Assembly (NCBI GenBank): GCA_963775685.1
Contig: CAVZJV010000014.1
Location: 1,824,001-1,888,000, forward strand
Length of the DNA stretch: 64,000 bases
Direction: 5' to 3'
Source: Candidatus Bathyarchaeota archaeon
GTDB taxonomy: Archaea > Thermoproteota > Bathyarchaeia > Bathyarchaeales > Bathycorpusculaceae
The translations under genes and the position numbers were made by a program. Within the stretch, counting starts at the first letter, position 1. Every line of letters starts with the position of its first letter. The notes below the pieces were generated by a model, which worked only from the letters and a program-made list of their open reading frames with translations, had not been told where the DNA came from and searched no databases. This document shows positions 28,928 through 39,019 of the stretch, one piece after another.

Positions 28928-30217
28928 ATGCCAACATACCTGTTTATTTCAGGAAAAAACGGGACGCTCTCATTAGCGGAGCTAACCGCATACCTCCAAG
29001 CTAGAAAAAACAAGTTTGAAGTGAAGTATTTCTCGAGGGAATTCTTCGCCTTAGATCTGGAGAAAAGCATTGACGCTTCAGCGATGGCTGATTTAGGTGG
29101 AACCTTAAAAATCGGCGAACCCAAAACCACTCTGCCAACCGAACTTATCAAAGAAGCGTTTATCAAGAAAAACAAGCAAGTTCAAAAACAAATCGCCGAA
29201 ACTGTAGCCTCAAGTGGCATCCCCGCAGGCATGAAGCAGAAAAAGATACTGTTCGGAGTTAGCGTATACTTCACAGATAACTCATTTTCCCAAATGTCTG
29301 GTCGAATGCAACGGTTTGTGGGCAGCGCCATAAAAGACGAGTTGGCAGCTTTAGGAAAAAAAGCGAATTTTATGGGCTACTCGACAGAGCGAAAACAAGC
29401 CCAACTTAGTAATGTGGAAGTGTTAAAGAAGAATTTGGTGGAAAGCCAAGCGGAAGTATTATTCTGCATTGGCAAGACAGAAACATGGATTGCCACAACA
29501 GTGGCAGTGCATAATCCTTTTGAGTTCCAGAAAAGAGACGTTGAAAAACCCAATCAAAGGGTGATCTTTGCCATGCCGCCGCGGCTAGCCCGAATGATGG
29601 TTAACCTATCATCGTGCACACAAGGAAAAACCTTGCTTGACCCGTTCTGCGGCGTCGGCACCATTCTGCAGGAAGCACTTCTAGAGAAGGCAGCGGTAGT
29701 TGGCATGGACGTTAATCCTTGGTGTGTTAAAGCGTCTGAGGAAAACCTTGAGTGGCTAACCCGAGAGTATGAGCTTGGAGATGCGGATTTTAGGGTTCTA
29801 CAGGGGAATGTCGACAAGATGGTTGAGAAGGTGGGGTTAGAATCGGTTGATTGCATAGTTTCTGAACCTGATTTGGGTCCAGCACTCCGAGAGGTCCCGA
29901 CTGGCCCTTACGCGCAAAAAATCATTGAAAAATTGGAACCACTGTTCTTTGGGTTCATCGAAGAAGCTTATTTAGCACTAAAACCAGACGGTCGGTTAGT
30001 GCTGGTTACGCCCTACATCAAAACACGCTCAAATGAAGCAGTCACGATGCCCATCAGCGACAAACTGGAAAGCGTTGGTTTCAAACGGGTCTATGCTTTC
30101 TCAGGGGACATGTTCTCTGAAAAACTGGACGTTGGGCGACTGGTGCATTCTTCATCACTAATCGAGACGGATGAACGCCATAAAATCGGCAGAGAAATCC
30201 ACATCCTCGAGAAATAA
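28928..30217 (+). CDS. Trm11/TrmG10-like SAM-dependent RNA methyltransferase
   Basis: MPPRLARMMVNL, LLDPFCGVGTILQE; motif IV reads SEPDLG. Confidence 0.7.
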   Translation: MPTYLFISGKNGTLSLAELTAYLQARKNKFEVKYFSREFFALDLEKSIDASAMADLGGTLKIGEPKTTLPTELIKEAFIKKNKQVQKQIAETVASSGIPAGMKQKKILFGVSVYFTDNSFSQMSGRMQRFVGSAIKDELAALGKKANFMGYSTERKQAQLSNVEVLKKNLVESQAEVLFCIGKTETWIATTVAVHNPFEFQKRDVEKPNQRVIFAMPPRLARMMVNLSSCTQGKTLLDPFCGVGTILQEALLEKAAVVGMDVNPWCVKASEENLEWLTREYELGDADFRVLQGNVDKMVEKVGLESVDCIVSEPDLGPALREVPTGPYAQKIIEKLEPLFFGFIEEAYLALKPDGRLVLVTPYIKTRSNEAVTMPISDKLESVGFKRVYAFSGDMFSEKLDVGRLVHSSSLIETDERHKIGREIHILEK

Positions 30218-30254
30218 GCGGTTTGTCGTCAGAAACAATTTATTAATTTGATAC

Positions 30255-30776
30255 GTGAAATATGTTTCTAAAACCGTTGAGGCAGAAACATTGAGCACTA
30301 TTCCAAGGCCAAATTGGGACAGGTACTTCTTAGATATGTGTGAAGCCGTAGCGAGGCGTGCAACTTGTAACCGGGGAAGAAGCGGCTGCGTCATTGTCAA
30401 GGACAAACGAATTATGACTACAGGCTACGTTGGTGCTCCAGCTGGGTTACCCCACTGTGACGAAGCAGGACATGACCTACGCAAAGTATTCAACGTGAAC
30501 GGAGAAGTCACCCAACACTGCGTGCGGACTCTCCATGCCGAACAAAACGCCATTATTCAAGCGGCGAGGTTTGGTATTCCACTTGAGGGTGCTACGCTTT
30601 TCAGCAAAATGACCCCATGCCGCACCTGTGCAATGATTATAATTAACGCTGGAATCAAACGGGTGGTCTGCGAGAAACGGTACCACGCTGACGCTGACAC
30701 TATTGAGATGTTTAAGCAAGCGGGCATAGAGCTTTGCATTATGAATCCTGAATTCGAAAAATACGACAAACAATAA
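30255..30776 (+). CDS. dCMP deaminase (ComEB-like) family protein
   Basis: RPNWDRYF, RATC, HAEQNAI, PCRTC. Confidence 0.88.
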   Translation: MKYVSKTVEAETLSTIPRPNWDRYFLDMCEAVARRATCNRGRSGCVIVKDKRIMTTGYVGAPAGLPHCDEAGHDLRKVFNVNGEVTQHCVRTLHAEQNAIIQAARFGIPLEGATLFSKMTPCRTCAMIIINAGIKRVVCEKRYHADADTIEMFKQAGIELCIMNPEFEKYDKQ

Positions 30777-31053
30777 CAATTCACACTCCCTACGCTTATT
30801 TTTTCAAATTTAGCCCAAACCCCAATCCAGCATATTTGGACCCCTAATGGAAACTCATTTCAGAACCCTATTGTGGGTGGATTAGTATTGCCGATTTCAA
30901 TTGCCAAAATCATGATAAAACCAAAAATCACTAAGGCAGAGTAGGTCCCATTGGCAGATTCTCGAACTAAAAAATGTTGAATTTTTGCTTTGAGGACAAC
31001 AAAGCCCCTTAATCCAAAGAAAAGAAGAAAAGGATATTCTCTGAAAAAAGCCA

Positions 31054-31392
31054 CTATTTTCTTGCTGGAACCACAAACCATTTAACATTATCAAACCCGT
31101 ATTTTGTTACTAGCGGGTCGATAAAATTTGGGGATAAGTCGTCGTCGATTTCTGAGAAAGCCACGGTATCGCCGATTCGGTAAACGATGCATATGATTGT
31201 GACGTCTTTTAGGGCAGCGTATTTGCCCTTAATTTCCCAGTAGCCGGGCTCATCACGTCCAGGCTCAATAATCCAAGAGTACTTGTCTTCAGGATGCTGT
31301 CCCTGCATAAAGTTGAAGGCGCAAACAACGTCTCCGACAGCTTTTGGGGCATCATTCGTTTTAACATAGAACCAAAGAGTCATAACTAACAC
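31054..31392 (-). CDS. Hypothetical protein
   Basis: 112-aa ORF with protein-like composition, co-oriented with the upstream operon. Confidence 0.7.
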   Translation of the reverse strand: MLVMTLWFYVKTNDAPKAVGDVVCAFNFMQGQHPEDKYSWIIEPGRDEPGYWEIKGKYAALKDVTIICIVYRIGDTVAFSEIDDDLSPNFIDPLVTKYGFDNVKWFVVPARK

Positions 31393-31435
31393 CGAGTACT
31401 ATCAGGTGGTTTCTGCCTTTAAATTGTTTCTTCTA

Positions 31436-32053
31436 CTAGTCAGCCTTAGCTTCTATCAGGGTTAAAGTTTCAAAGAAGGGCAGTTTATGCTCAGCTTTCA
31501 CCCGCGCCTTTAGACCCTGTTGCCTGAATTTTTGAAGCGTCTCTTCAACGCCAGTAAGCGTTGACTGCATCAACAGAACCCTGCCATTAGGCTTTAGATA
31601 GGCTGACGCTTGCGAAATGAAGTGGTCAACCACTTCCCGCCCATTGGAGCCTCCTGCCCAAGCGCGCCCAATCCAAGAAGCAACTTCACCCACTTCTGAG
31701 GGCAAGTAAGGTGCATTAAACAGGATTAAGTCAAAGCCGATGTTTGGGTTTAGGGCTTCAAACAAGCTTGCTTGAATAAAATTTATTTTGCCCCGCATAT
31801 CGTTTATTATGGAGTTTTCTTTTGCACAACAAAGAGCAAAAGGGTTTAAATCAACCGCGACAACACTGACGGCTTTTTTCGCCGACAAAATTGCAAGCAT
31901 TCCACACCCGGTACCCACATCCAAAACCAGTTCATCATCTTTGACGTCGAGGTTTTCGGCAAAAAGATAAGTGTCTTCAGCAGGCTCGTAAACATCATCA
32001 TTTAAATCGAAAACAAAGTCGCCAAACCTTGTTCTTTTAGTTGGACAAGGCAT
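31436..32053 (-). CDS. HemK2/MTQ2-family release factor glutamine methyltransferase
   Basis: VYEPAEDT, LDVGTGCG, FNAPYLP, WAGG..GR. Confidence 0.88.
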   Translation of the reverse strand: MPCPTKRTRFGDFVFDLNDDVYEPAEDTYLFAENLDVKDDELVLDVGTGCGMLAILSAKKAVSVVAVDLNPFALCCAKENSIINDMRGKINFIQASLFEALNPNIGFDLILFNAPYLPSEVGEVASWIGRAWAGGSNGREVVDHFISQASAYLKPNGRVLLMQSTLTGVEETLQKFRQQGLKARVKAEHKLPFFETLTLIEAKAD

Positions 32054-32861
32054 TTGCTAATGCTCCAAAGAGCTCAGGCGACAATTCTCTTACGCGCATA
32101 TCGTAGTGAGTAAGGCTATGAGCTAATTTCTCTGCGTCTTTTTTGCTTAATTTGAAATTATCTCTGATGAAGGGCGAGAGTGCTTTTGCTAACTTTTTGT
32201 TTCTCTGGGTGAAGAGCCACTTGATCATATGCACAAACAAGGCTGGATTTTTCACTTCAAACGGTTTATTACTCCAAGGTTTTAGGCTGATAACAACGGA
32301 ATCCACCTTTGGCGGGGGATAGAACAGGGCTTTAGGAACTGAATCCAAAAGCTTGACTTCTGCCATCTGGCGGGCAACAACAGTTAACCAACCGTACGCT
32401 TCACTGCCATCTGGTGCTACAAGACGGTCAACGAACTCTTTTTGCAATATCAAAACGGCATGGTCAACTTTGCGCTCCAAAAGCCAAGTCACCAAATGAG
32501 AAGACAAGTAATAAGGAGGAGCAGCTATGACCTTGTTGAACGACGGCAAAGATACCTTCAAGAAGTCGCCTTCAACCACAGTAACGTTTCCTAAGCCCTT
32601 GACTTGTTCATGAAGCACCGACGCAACTTGTAGGTCCTTCTCAACAGCAACCACCGCCTTGCATTTATCAGCTAAGAAACAAGTTAGCCAACCGAAGCCA
32701 GCACCAGCATCCAACACAACATCCTTTTTGCTAAGCGCTGCATAGGTGCACAGTTTTGGGTAGAGCAAGGAATCAACCATAAAGTTTTGACCCAGAAGCT
32801 TTTTCGGGGTGATTTGATGGTTTCGAAGCAGCTGCTTCGTTTCTTCAAGACTGATCGCCAT
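32037..32861 (-). CDS. rsmA: 16S rRNA dimethyladenosine transferase KsgA/RsmA
   Basis: KLLGQNF, DAGAGFG, AAPPY, FYPPPKVDS. Confidence 0.92.
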   Translation of the reverse strand: MAISLEETKQLLRNHQITPKKLLGQNFMVDSLLYPKLCTYAALSKKDVVLDAGAGFGWLTCFLADKCKAVVAVEKDLQVASVLHEQVKGLGNVTVVEGDFLKVSLPSFNKVIAAPPYYLSSHLVTWLLERKVDHAVLILQKEFVDRLVAPDGSEAYGWLTVVARQMAEVKLLDSVPKALFYPPPKVDSVVISLKPWSNKPFEVKNPALFVHMIKWLFTQRNKKLAKALSPFIRDNFKLSKKDAEKLAHSLTHYDMRVRELSPELFGALANALSN

Positions 32862-32864
32862 GCC

Positions 32865-33440
32865 TTACTGCGACCGCGTGAACAATCGGTACTTGCTGTC
32901 ACCTTCAAGCTCTTCCATAACCCGCTTTGTAATTAGCTTCACAGGGTTAGGTAGCTCGGTGCGCTTCTGCAAATCCTCAAAGCTTTCAAACGGTTTCCGT
33001 TCACGGTCATTTATGACCTGCCACATGTATTTTTTGCCGATGCCTGGAACAAGCTCCAACGCATGCATTCGTGGCGTAATTGCGCGCGCGGTATTGAAGA
33101 AGTTAACAAACCACTTTTCCCGGTTGGCAACTATTTTGCTAATCACGCTTGGAAGTTCAGCTTTAGCTGAAGCAGTTAACTCTTCATAACCAATTCGACC
33201 GATGATATAGGTAACTTCCTCACGTGAATCCTTTCCCACATACACGCGGTCACCTGGCTTCAAAAGTAACTCTTCTTTCACCAAAGCCTCTAATAACGTA
33301 AAAAATTCTTCGCCAACACATTGAATTAGCGCTCCCGCTCTGTAACCTGCCCTTCCAGTAGGGCGAAATCCTGGCTTGCCGTGCTGAAGAAAATCTAACA
33401 CGTAAGCATACTCTTCATACCGCTTTTCCATAACAGTCAC
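32865..33440 (-). CDS. DUF655 HhH RNA-binding protein
   Basis: EEYAYVLDF, FTLLE, HALELVPGIGKK; conserved rpl21e-rpoF-DUF655-ksgA synteny. Confidence 0.9.
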   Translation of the reverse strand: MTVMEKRYEEYAYVLDFLQHGKPGFRPTGRAGYRAGALIQCVGEEFFTLLEALVKEELLLKPGDRVYVGKDSREEVTYIIGRIGYEELTASAKAELPSVISKIVANREKWFVNFFNTARAITPRMHALELVPGIGKKYMWQVINDRERKPFESFEDLQKRTELPNPVKLITKRVMEELEGDSKYRLFTRSQ

Positions 33441-33498
33441 TGAGTCCGTCCACTAGACTATTCTCGCTTACTGCTTAAAAATACTTAGCCAGTTCCAG

Positions 33499-33837
33499 CT
33501 ACTTCAACGTTCGATTCTCGTTCAAAAGCTCAACAATCGTGTGTAATTTTGACGTTTCTATGATTTTGCGCCCGCCTGCTAAAAAGATTCTAAGCTCATC
33601 AACAGTCTCAGGCATGCAGTTGATAATCTCAACTGCTTCTGCCTCGTCAAGTTCATATTCGTTAAGGAGCATTTGCAAGAGCGCTTCAGCTTTTTCTGGA
33701 TCACATTTGGAGAATTTGCTTACATAATCTAGCGTTCGACGTTGGAACTGATCAAGGTTCTCTTCTCCGATGGACTCCAGAACCTTCTTAACTTGAGGAA
33801 GGGTTAAGCGGCTTTCACTTATTTCTCTTTTGCTCAT
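33499..33837 (-). CDS. rpoF: RNA polymerase subunit Rpo4 (RpoF)
   Basis: QRRTLDYVSKFSK, EIINCMPETVDELR. Confidence 0.9.
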   Translation of the reverse strand: MSKREISESRLTLPQVKKVLESIGEENLDQFQRRTLDYVSKFSKCDPEKAEALLQMLLNEYELDEAEAVEIINCMPETVDELRIFLAGGRKIIETSKLHTIVELLNENRTLK

Positions 33838-33843
33838 TCTATC

Positions 33844-34140
33844 TCACTTACCAGTGTAAAGCTCGAGATGCTCGGGGCGGGTAATGATTTCTTTTATGGC
33901 GTCGCCTTGGGGGACGCTGACCACGTATCCTCGACCCCGTTTTTCTACTATGACACCTATTTTGCCGTGGAAACGTTTGTGGGGCATACTTTTCTGCACG
34001 CTAGAATCCATCTTAATGATTACTTGAGACCCCGGAGCGTAGTCTTGAAGTATCTTGCCGATGTGTGGTTTGCCTTTTGCGCGGGTTGGTTTGCGCAGCA
34101 AACTGCGAGTTCCAGTATAATAGCCTTTTGAACCTCTCAT
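33844..34140 (-). CDS. rpl21e: 50S ribosomal protein L21e
   Basis: SKGY..TRSLLRK, MPHKRFHGKIG, RPEHL. Confidence 0.95.
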   Translation of the reverse strand: MRGSKGYYTGTRSLLRKPTRAKGKPHIGKILQDYAPGSQVIIKMDSSVQKSMPHKRFHGKIGVIVEKRGRGYVVSVPQGDAIKEIITRPEHLELYTGK

Positions 34141-34155
34141 CTAATTTCACCTTAA

Positions 34156-35487
34156 TTATTCCAATATTACGTTGAGAACGTCAAGCTTAAGAGTCTTCGC
34201 TCTGTTGTTGAGCAAATCTGAAATATTTGGGTTTGTGCGTCTTTCATCTCCAGACACCAATTCTTTAACGTAGAGCCCACCTTGGCAACGAATTTCCATC
34301 AGAGCCCTCTTAAGTGACACCTTCTTTACTTTAACCTGATATATGTACTTTTCTCGGATTAAATCTGCCCTTCGATGCAAAACTCGAAGAGGCGTCTGCT
34401 GTTTAATGCAAATACCTGAAAGCTTCTCTTCTATAGTTCGCAGGTCCTGGTCTGATAATTCATTCTCGAACTCAGCTAATAAGCGATATTCTTTCTGTGC
34501 ACCTTCACCCTGCTTGAGGCGCCTGACAACATCTTTGGTAGTAAATCGTAAACCTGAAACCTCAACTTTTCCCACAGCGTCTGAATTAACTCGAGCTTCA
34601 ATTTGTTGCAAATCAACAAATCGCTTTTTGGGCTTTGAAACTTCTATCACAAAAGGTCGTCCAGTTCCCAACATCCGTGCATCGATGTCTTCACGTCCCG
34701 AAGCGTGCAAAAACGCCTCTTCACCCAAAGTTGACAAAAGCAAAGGTTTAGAAGACAACTCCTCCACCGATTCAGGATACAATTTCCCGGTTCCGCCGCA
34801 TTTCTTGCACCCTCTACCGCGACAGCTGGAACAGAACCACTTTGACTGAGGAATAGTCCTAACCAGCTTACGATATCTACCAGCGACAAAAAGAGGGTTA
34901 ACTTGGAGCCGAACGGTCTCCAGAAAAGGGTTGAACACTACAACAAGGTCAGGCCTCAAATAGTCAGCTTCTTTACCCGTTTGTTTAGAGAGAGCTTTTC
35001 CAAGTAAACGACCGAATTCATGTTTGATGCTCTCGCCATAGCCAACATTAAAGGCGGCTTTGAACTCATCTTCGCGTTCCTCAACCTTGAGCGGTAATTC
35101 AATACCGACAAGAAAAGTTGTGAACTCGTATTCGGCGATTATGCCTAAAGCTTTTTGAGTTAAAAAGTCAACTAATTCAAACTTGCCGTCACAGATACTA
35201 CACTTTATCAAGTCATCCTTTTTTGGGAGGCGTTTGTTTAGATGTTTTAGAGTTCCCTGAGCTTCCCTGGAAAACCCATTTGACGCAAGAACTTTAAGGC
35301 GCCTTATGCCTTCGCCATTTTTTTCCGCAATAAGATCACTGGCTTGCATTGTCAAACTGACTTTTAGCGCTTGACCTCGGACGTTGTTTTCCATGCTGTA
35401 ACCAAGTAATGCGAATTGTCTGCCTAAACAGTAGTCGCAAAGCGGGTATTTGCTAAGAATATTAAAGGCTTTTTCTAAAATATCCAT
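34156..35487 (-). CDS. pus10: tRNA pseudouridine(54/55) synthase Pus10
   Basis: LCDYCLGRQFA, GRYRK, SGREDIDARM, QGGLYVKELVSGD. Confidence 0.94.
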   Translation of the reverse strand: MDILEKAFNILSKYPLCDYCLGRQFALLGYSMENNVRGQALKVSLTMQASDLIAEKNGEGIRRLKVLASNGFSREAQGTLKHLNKRLPKKDDLIKCSICDGKFELVDFLTQKALGIIAEYEFTTFLVGIELPLKVEEREDEFKAAFNVGYGESIKHEFGRLLGKALSKQTGKEADYLRPDLVVVFNPFLETVRLQVNPLFVAGRYRKLVRTIPQSKWFCSSCRGRGCKKCGGTGKLYPESVEELSSKPLLLSTLGEEAFLHASGREDIDARMLGTGRPFVIEVSKPKKRFVDLQQIEARVNSDAVGKVEVSGLRFTTKDVVRRLKQGEGAQKEYRLLAEFENELSDQDLRTIEEKLSGICIKQQTPLRVLHRRADLIREKYIYQVKVKKVSLKRALMEIRCQGGLYVKELVSGDERRTNPNISDLLNNRAKTLKLDVLNVILE

Positions 35488-35497
35488 TTCCGCTTGC

Positions 35498-36838
35498 CTA
35501 CTTGAACCCGGGCATACCTTTGCCGCCACCTAGTCCAAAGGGCAGCTTCTTTTTATGCTTAAACATTTTGAGCATCTTACGCATCATAATGTACTGCTTG
35601 AGAAGTTCTTTGACTTCTTTTTCTGTGGTTCCTGAACCGCGCGCGATGCGTTTTGCTCGTGAAGAATTCAAAAGTTTAGGGTTCTCTTTTTCAGCAGGCG
35701 TCATAGATTGGATTATTATACCCCATTTGTCCAGTCGGCCCTCAGCAGTATTGAGCATCTCTTCAGGCACATCAGCTGACATTCCCGGAATCATCTTGAG
35801 AACTTTACCGAAAGGCCCCATCTTTTTAACCGCTTGGAATTGTTCGTACATGTCCGTTAACGTAAAATTGCCGCTCATTATGTCCTTGGCTTTCTTTTGG
35901 GGAACATTTATTTCAGCATCTTTTACTTTTTCCAAAAGCGTTTCTAAGTCGCCCATCCCTAAGAGGCGCCCTACGAACCTTGAGGGAATAAAAGCTTCTA
36001 GATCTTCTATTTTCTCGCCTGTACCAATAAATTTTATGGGTGCACCCGTTGCTGCAACGGCTGACAGAGCCCCTCCGCCGCGTGAGGAACCGTCAAGTTT
36101 TGTTACGATGATTGCTCCTATGGGGGTTGCTTCATGGAAGGTTTTGGCTTGTGCAAGAGCTTGCTGACCGATGGTTCCGTCGATAACCATAATGACTTCG
36201 TCGGGATGAATGTTCTTTTCAAGGTCTTTCATTTCCTTTATTAAATCTTTTTCTTCTTTGTGGCGACCCGCTGTGTCAACAATTATTAAATCTTTATCGC
36301 TGAAAAGTTTTAGACCTTCCTTGACAACCTTTACGGGATCTTTAGCTTTGAGGTCACCATAAAACGGTGTATTTGTTCTGGTCGACAGCTGTTGAAGTTG
36401 GTTATAGGCGCCTGGACGATAAGTATCAGCACAAATCAACCCTACCTTTAAACCCCTTTTCTGAAAATACCTTGCAAGTTTGGCAGCATGAGTAGTCTTT
36501 CCTGAACCCTGAATGCCTACTAGCATAACGATTTTCTTTTTGCCAGGCTCCACTTTTAAGGCAACCTGTTTATCGCCGACAAAGCGGGTTAACTCTTCAT
36601 AAACAACTTTTATTACATGTTCGCGCCTTGAAATGCCTGGAGGCATTTTCTCTTTCAAAGATCGTTCTTCTATGCGTTTGGAGATTTCCAGTACGAGTTG
36701 AACGTTTACATCTGCTTGAAGCAGTGCGCGTTGGACATCGCGAACCAGTTCCTTCACTGCCGCTTCGTCAACTACGCTGGCCTTGAACAGCTTTTTTATG
36801 GCGCCGGTTAGTGAAGAACCTAGTTTATCTAATGCCAT
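35498..36838 (-). CDS. srp54: Signal recognition particle protein SRP54
   Basis: GIQGSGKTT, DTAGRH, TKLDG, Met-rich M domain. Confidence 0.96.
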   Translation of the reverse strand: MALDKLGSSLTGAIKKLFKASVVDEAAVKELVRDVQRALLQADVNVQLVLEISKRIEERSLKEKMPPGISRREHVIKVVYEELTRFVGDKQVALKVEPGKKKIVMLVGIQGSGKTTHAAKLARYFQKRGLKVGLICADTYRPGAYNQLQQLSTRTNTPFYGDLKAKDPVKVVKEGLKLFSDKDLIIVDTAGRHKEEKDLIKEMKDLEKNIHPDEVIMVIDGTIGQQALAQAKTFHEATPIGAIIVTKLDGSSRGGGALSAVAATGAPIKFIGTGEKIEDLEAFIPSRFVGRLLGMGDLETLLEKVKDAEINVPQKKAKDIMSGNFTLTDMYEQFQAVKKMGPFGKVLKMIPGMSADVPEEMLNTAEGRLDKWGIIIQSMTPAEKENPKLLNSSRAKRIARGSGTTEKEVKELLKQYIMMRKMLKMFKHKKKLPFGLGGGKGMPGFK

Positions 36839-37116
36839 CAGAGTCTCCAGCCTAAACATTCTCGTATTCTTTTAAATAAAGATTACACAAAATAGGCAAA
36901 TAATAGCCCTAAAATATGAGTTGTTTTCCAAGTGAAGCCGTTTCACTTAAACGAATGTTCACGCAGATGAAGCCTCAGTTTCCCCATATTAAATATTCTT
37001 CACAATTCAGACGGCTCTTCATGCATCATTGGCTTCATCCAGAAAGGCTCCAAGCTAGAACATAAACTTTAATGAAACAAAACAAAAAATAAGGAAAACC
37101 TAAAGAAAGGAAGAGT

Positions 37117-37509
37117 CTATTTTACTCGGACAATTTTCACTTTGCCAAGGATTTTCCAATATTCAATTTCTGCGCCCGAAACAAGTTTGTCTTTAAGTTC
37201 CTGCTCATCAGGAAACGGCGCATCAAGGTATTCGTAGGTTTCGAGGTCCATTATTTGGACACCTGTCGGGTTAATGGCAAAGACTTGCCCCGTTCTTTTG
37301 TCAATTATTGGGACTTCAGCGCCCAGGTCGACTGGTTTTACGAATTGACGTTTTTGCCCGTCGAATACGCCTATCGCGACTATTCTTGCTTTGGCTGACC
37401 CGTGTTTTCCAGGTTTAGATTTAGCAATGTCTACTATGCGGCAAGGTTCACCCTCAATCATCATGTAGCCGCCAACGCGTAATTCTCCAACATCTACTGG
37501 TTTACTCAT
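37117..37509 (-). CDS. eif5a: Translation factor aIF5A
   Basis: KSKPGKHGSAK hypusine motif. Confidence 0.96.
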   Translation of the reverse strand: MSKPVDVGELRVGGYMMIEGEPCRIVDIAKSKPGKHGSAKARIVAIGVFDGQKRQFVKPVDLGAEVPIIDKRTGQVFAINPTGVQIMDLETYEYLDAPFPDEQELKDKLVSGAEIEYWKILGKVKIVRVK

Positions 37510-37592
37510 GCTCTCACCACAGTATAGTTCTATTCAATGCAATTCTGAACAACACCCATATATAGATTAAGGTTTACGATAGTTACTGAGCG

Positions 37593-38453
37593 GTGGAAAA
37601 AGTGCTAAAAAGCGTGGGTTTGGTTGCCCGCTGTGACAACAAGTCGGCGCTGAAGCTATCCGAGGAGTTGGCGGAGTATCTTGCTGGGAAAGGTTTGAAG
37701 GTTTACATAGAAGATTCACTCAAAAACTTGGTATCCACGCAGAAAGAGTTTCTTCCACTCTCAAAAATGAAAACTGACTTCATAGTAACTATAGGCGGCG
37801 ACGGAACCATCTTGCGAACATGCCTAACTGTTCCCAAGCCTGAACCCCCGCTTTTAACAATCAACATGGGTGTTCGAGGATTTCTAACCGAGGTTGAACC
37901 AAAAAACGCCTGTGAAGCAGTCGACAGAGTTCTAAATGGCGACTACAAAATAGAAAAATGTGCAAAACTAGCTGTAAAAGTGGGCAAAGAAAATTTGCCT
38001 GACGCCCTCAACGACGTTGTAGTTTCCGCTTGTGAACCCTCAAAGATCCTATACACCCAAATATACAAAAACGGAAAACCTATCCTAAAATGTCAAGCCG
38101 ACGGCTTAATTGTCGCAACCCAAACAGGTTCAACTGGATATTCGCTTTCGGCGGGAGGACCAGTGTTAGATCAGGAAGTGGATGCACTTGTTCTTACACC
38201 GATTTGTTCGTTGACGGTGTTCCGTTCGCTCGTGTTTCCCGCTGATTCCACCCTTTCATTTAAAGTTGAACGACCAAAGGATATGCTTGTCCTAATCGAT
38301 GGCAATTACCGTAAACTGGCAAGCGCTGATACGACCATAAAAGTCACCAAATCAAAGAACATAACCTCCTTTATCCGCTTTGAAACCGACTTTGACTTTG
38401 AAACAGACTTTTACGATAGGCTTCGAAGCAGACTACTTTTTAAGGGAATATAA
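37593..38453 (+). CDS. nadK: NAD kinase
   Basis: GGDGT, GFL, ALND, DGLIVATQTGSTGYSLSAGGP. Confidence 0.93.
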   Translation: MEKVLKSVGLVARCDNKSALKLSEELAEYLAGKGLKVYIEDSLKNLVSTQKEFLPLSKMKTDFIVTIGGDGTILRTCLTVPKPEPPLLTINMGVRGFLTEVEPKNACEAVDRVLNGDYKIEKCAKLAVKVGKENLPDALNDVVVSACEPSKILYTQIYKNGKPILKCQADGLIVATQTGSTGYSLSAGGPVLDQEVDALVLTPICSLTVFRSLVFPADSTLSFKVERPKDMLVLIDGNYRKLASADTTIKVTKSKNITSFIRFETDFDFETDFYDRLRSRLLFKGI

Positions 38454-39019
38454 TGGAAAACTTCCAAGGCGCTCCATGTAGAAGAATTATTGTTTTAGAT
38501 ACTTCAGCTTTTGTGGCTGGCTTTGACCCGTTCTCGTTGGGTGCCGAGCAGGTTACAGTCCCCAAGGCTGAAGAGGAAATTCGCAGGAACTCTATGGTTA
38601 AGATGCGTCTAGAGATGGCAATTGAAAGCGGAAAACTCAAGGTCAAAGCACCAACGCAAGAATCCCTATTCAAGGCACAAGCAGCAGCTAATGAGGTAGG
38701 AGACACCTTTAAGCTGTCGGACGCAGATAAACAACTTTTAGCTCTAGCTATAGAACTGAAAACTTCAGGGTATATCCCTCAAATCGTCACCGATGACTAT
38801 TCAATCCAAAATGTTGCCGCCAAAATAGACATAGAGTTTTTGTCTTTAGCTACGTTTGGAATCAAACGTCTGTTAGAATGGATACGTTACTGCCCCGCCT
38901 GCCATAAGGAATACTCTATTGGCTACAAGTTTAAGGAGTGTCAAATTTGTGGCACTGAACTAAAAAGGAAACCAAAAAGGCAAACTAAAGGACCAAAGTC
39001 AAGACAGGCGCTAATTTAG
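38453..39019 (+). CDS. nob1: Nob1 rRNA-processing endonuclease (PIN + Zn ribbon)
   Basis: VLDTSAF, LSDAD, TDDYSIQNVA, CPAC..CQICG. Confidence 0.9.
   Translation: MENFQGAPCRRIIVLDTSAFVAGFDPFSLGAEQVTVPKAEEEIRRNSMVKMRLEMAIESGKLKVKAPTQESLFKAQAAANEVGDTFKLSDADKQLLALAIELKTSGYIPQIVTDDYSIQNVAAKIDIEFLSLATFGIKRLLEWIRYCPACHKEYSIGYKFKECQICGTELKRKPKRQTKGPKSRQALI

Noticed and set aside
30860-31094. Short hydrophobic minus ORFs after the 31054-31392 gene
   Set aside because: They overlap the neighbour's end and a pyrimidine-rich terminator-like tract; at most a remnant.
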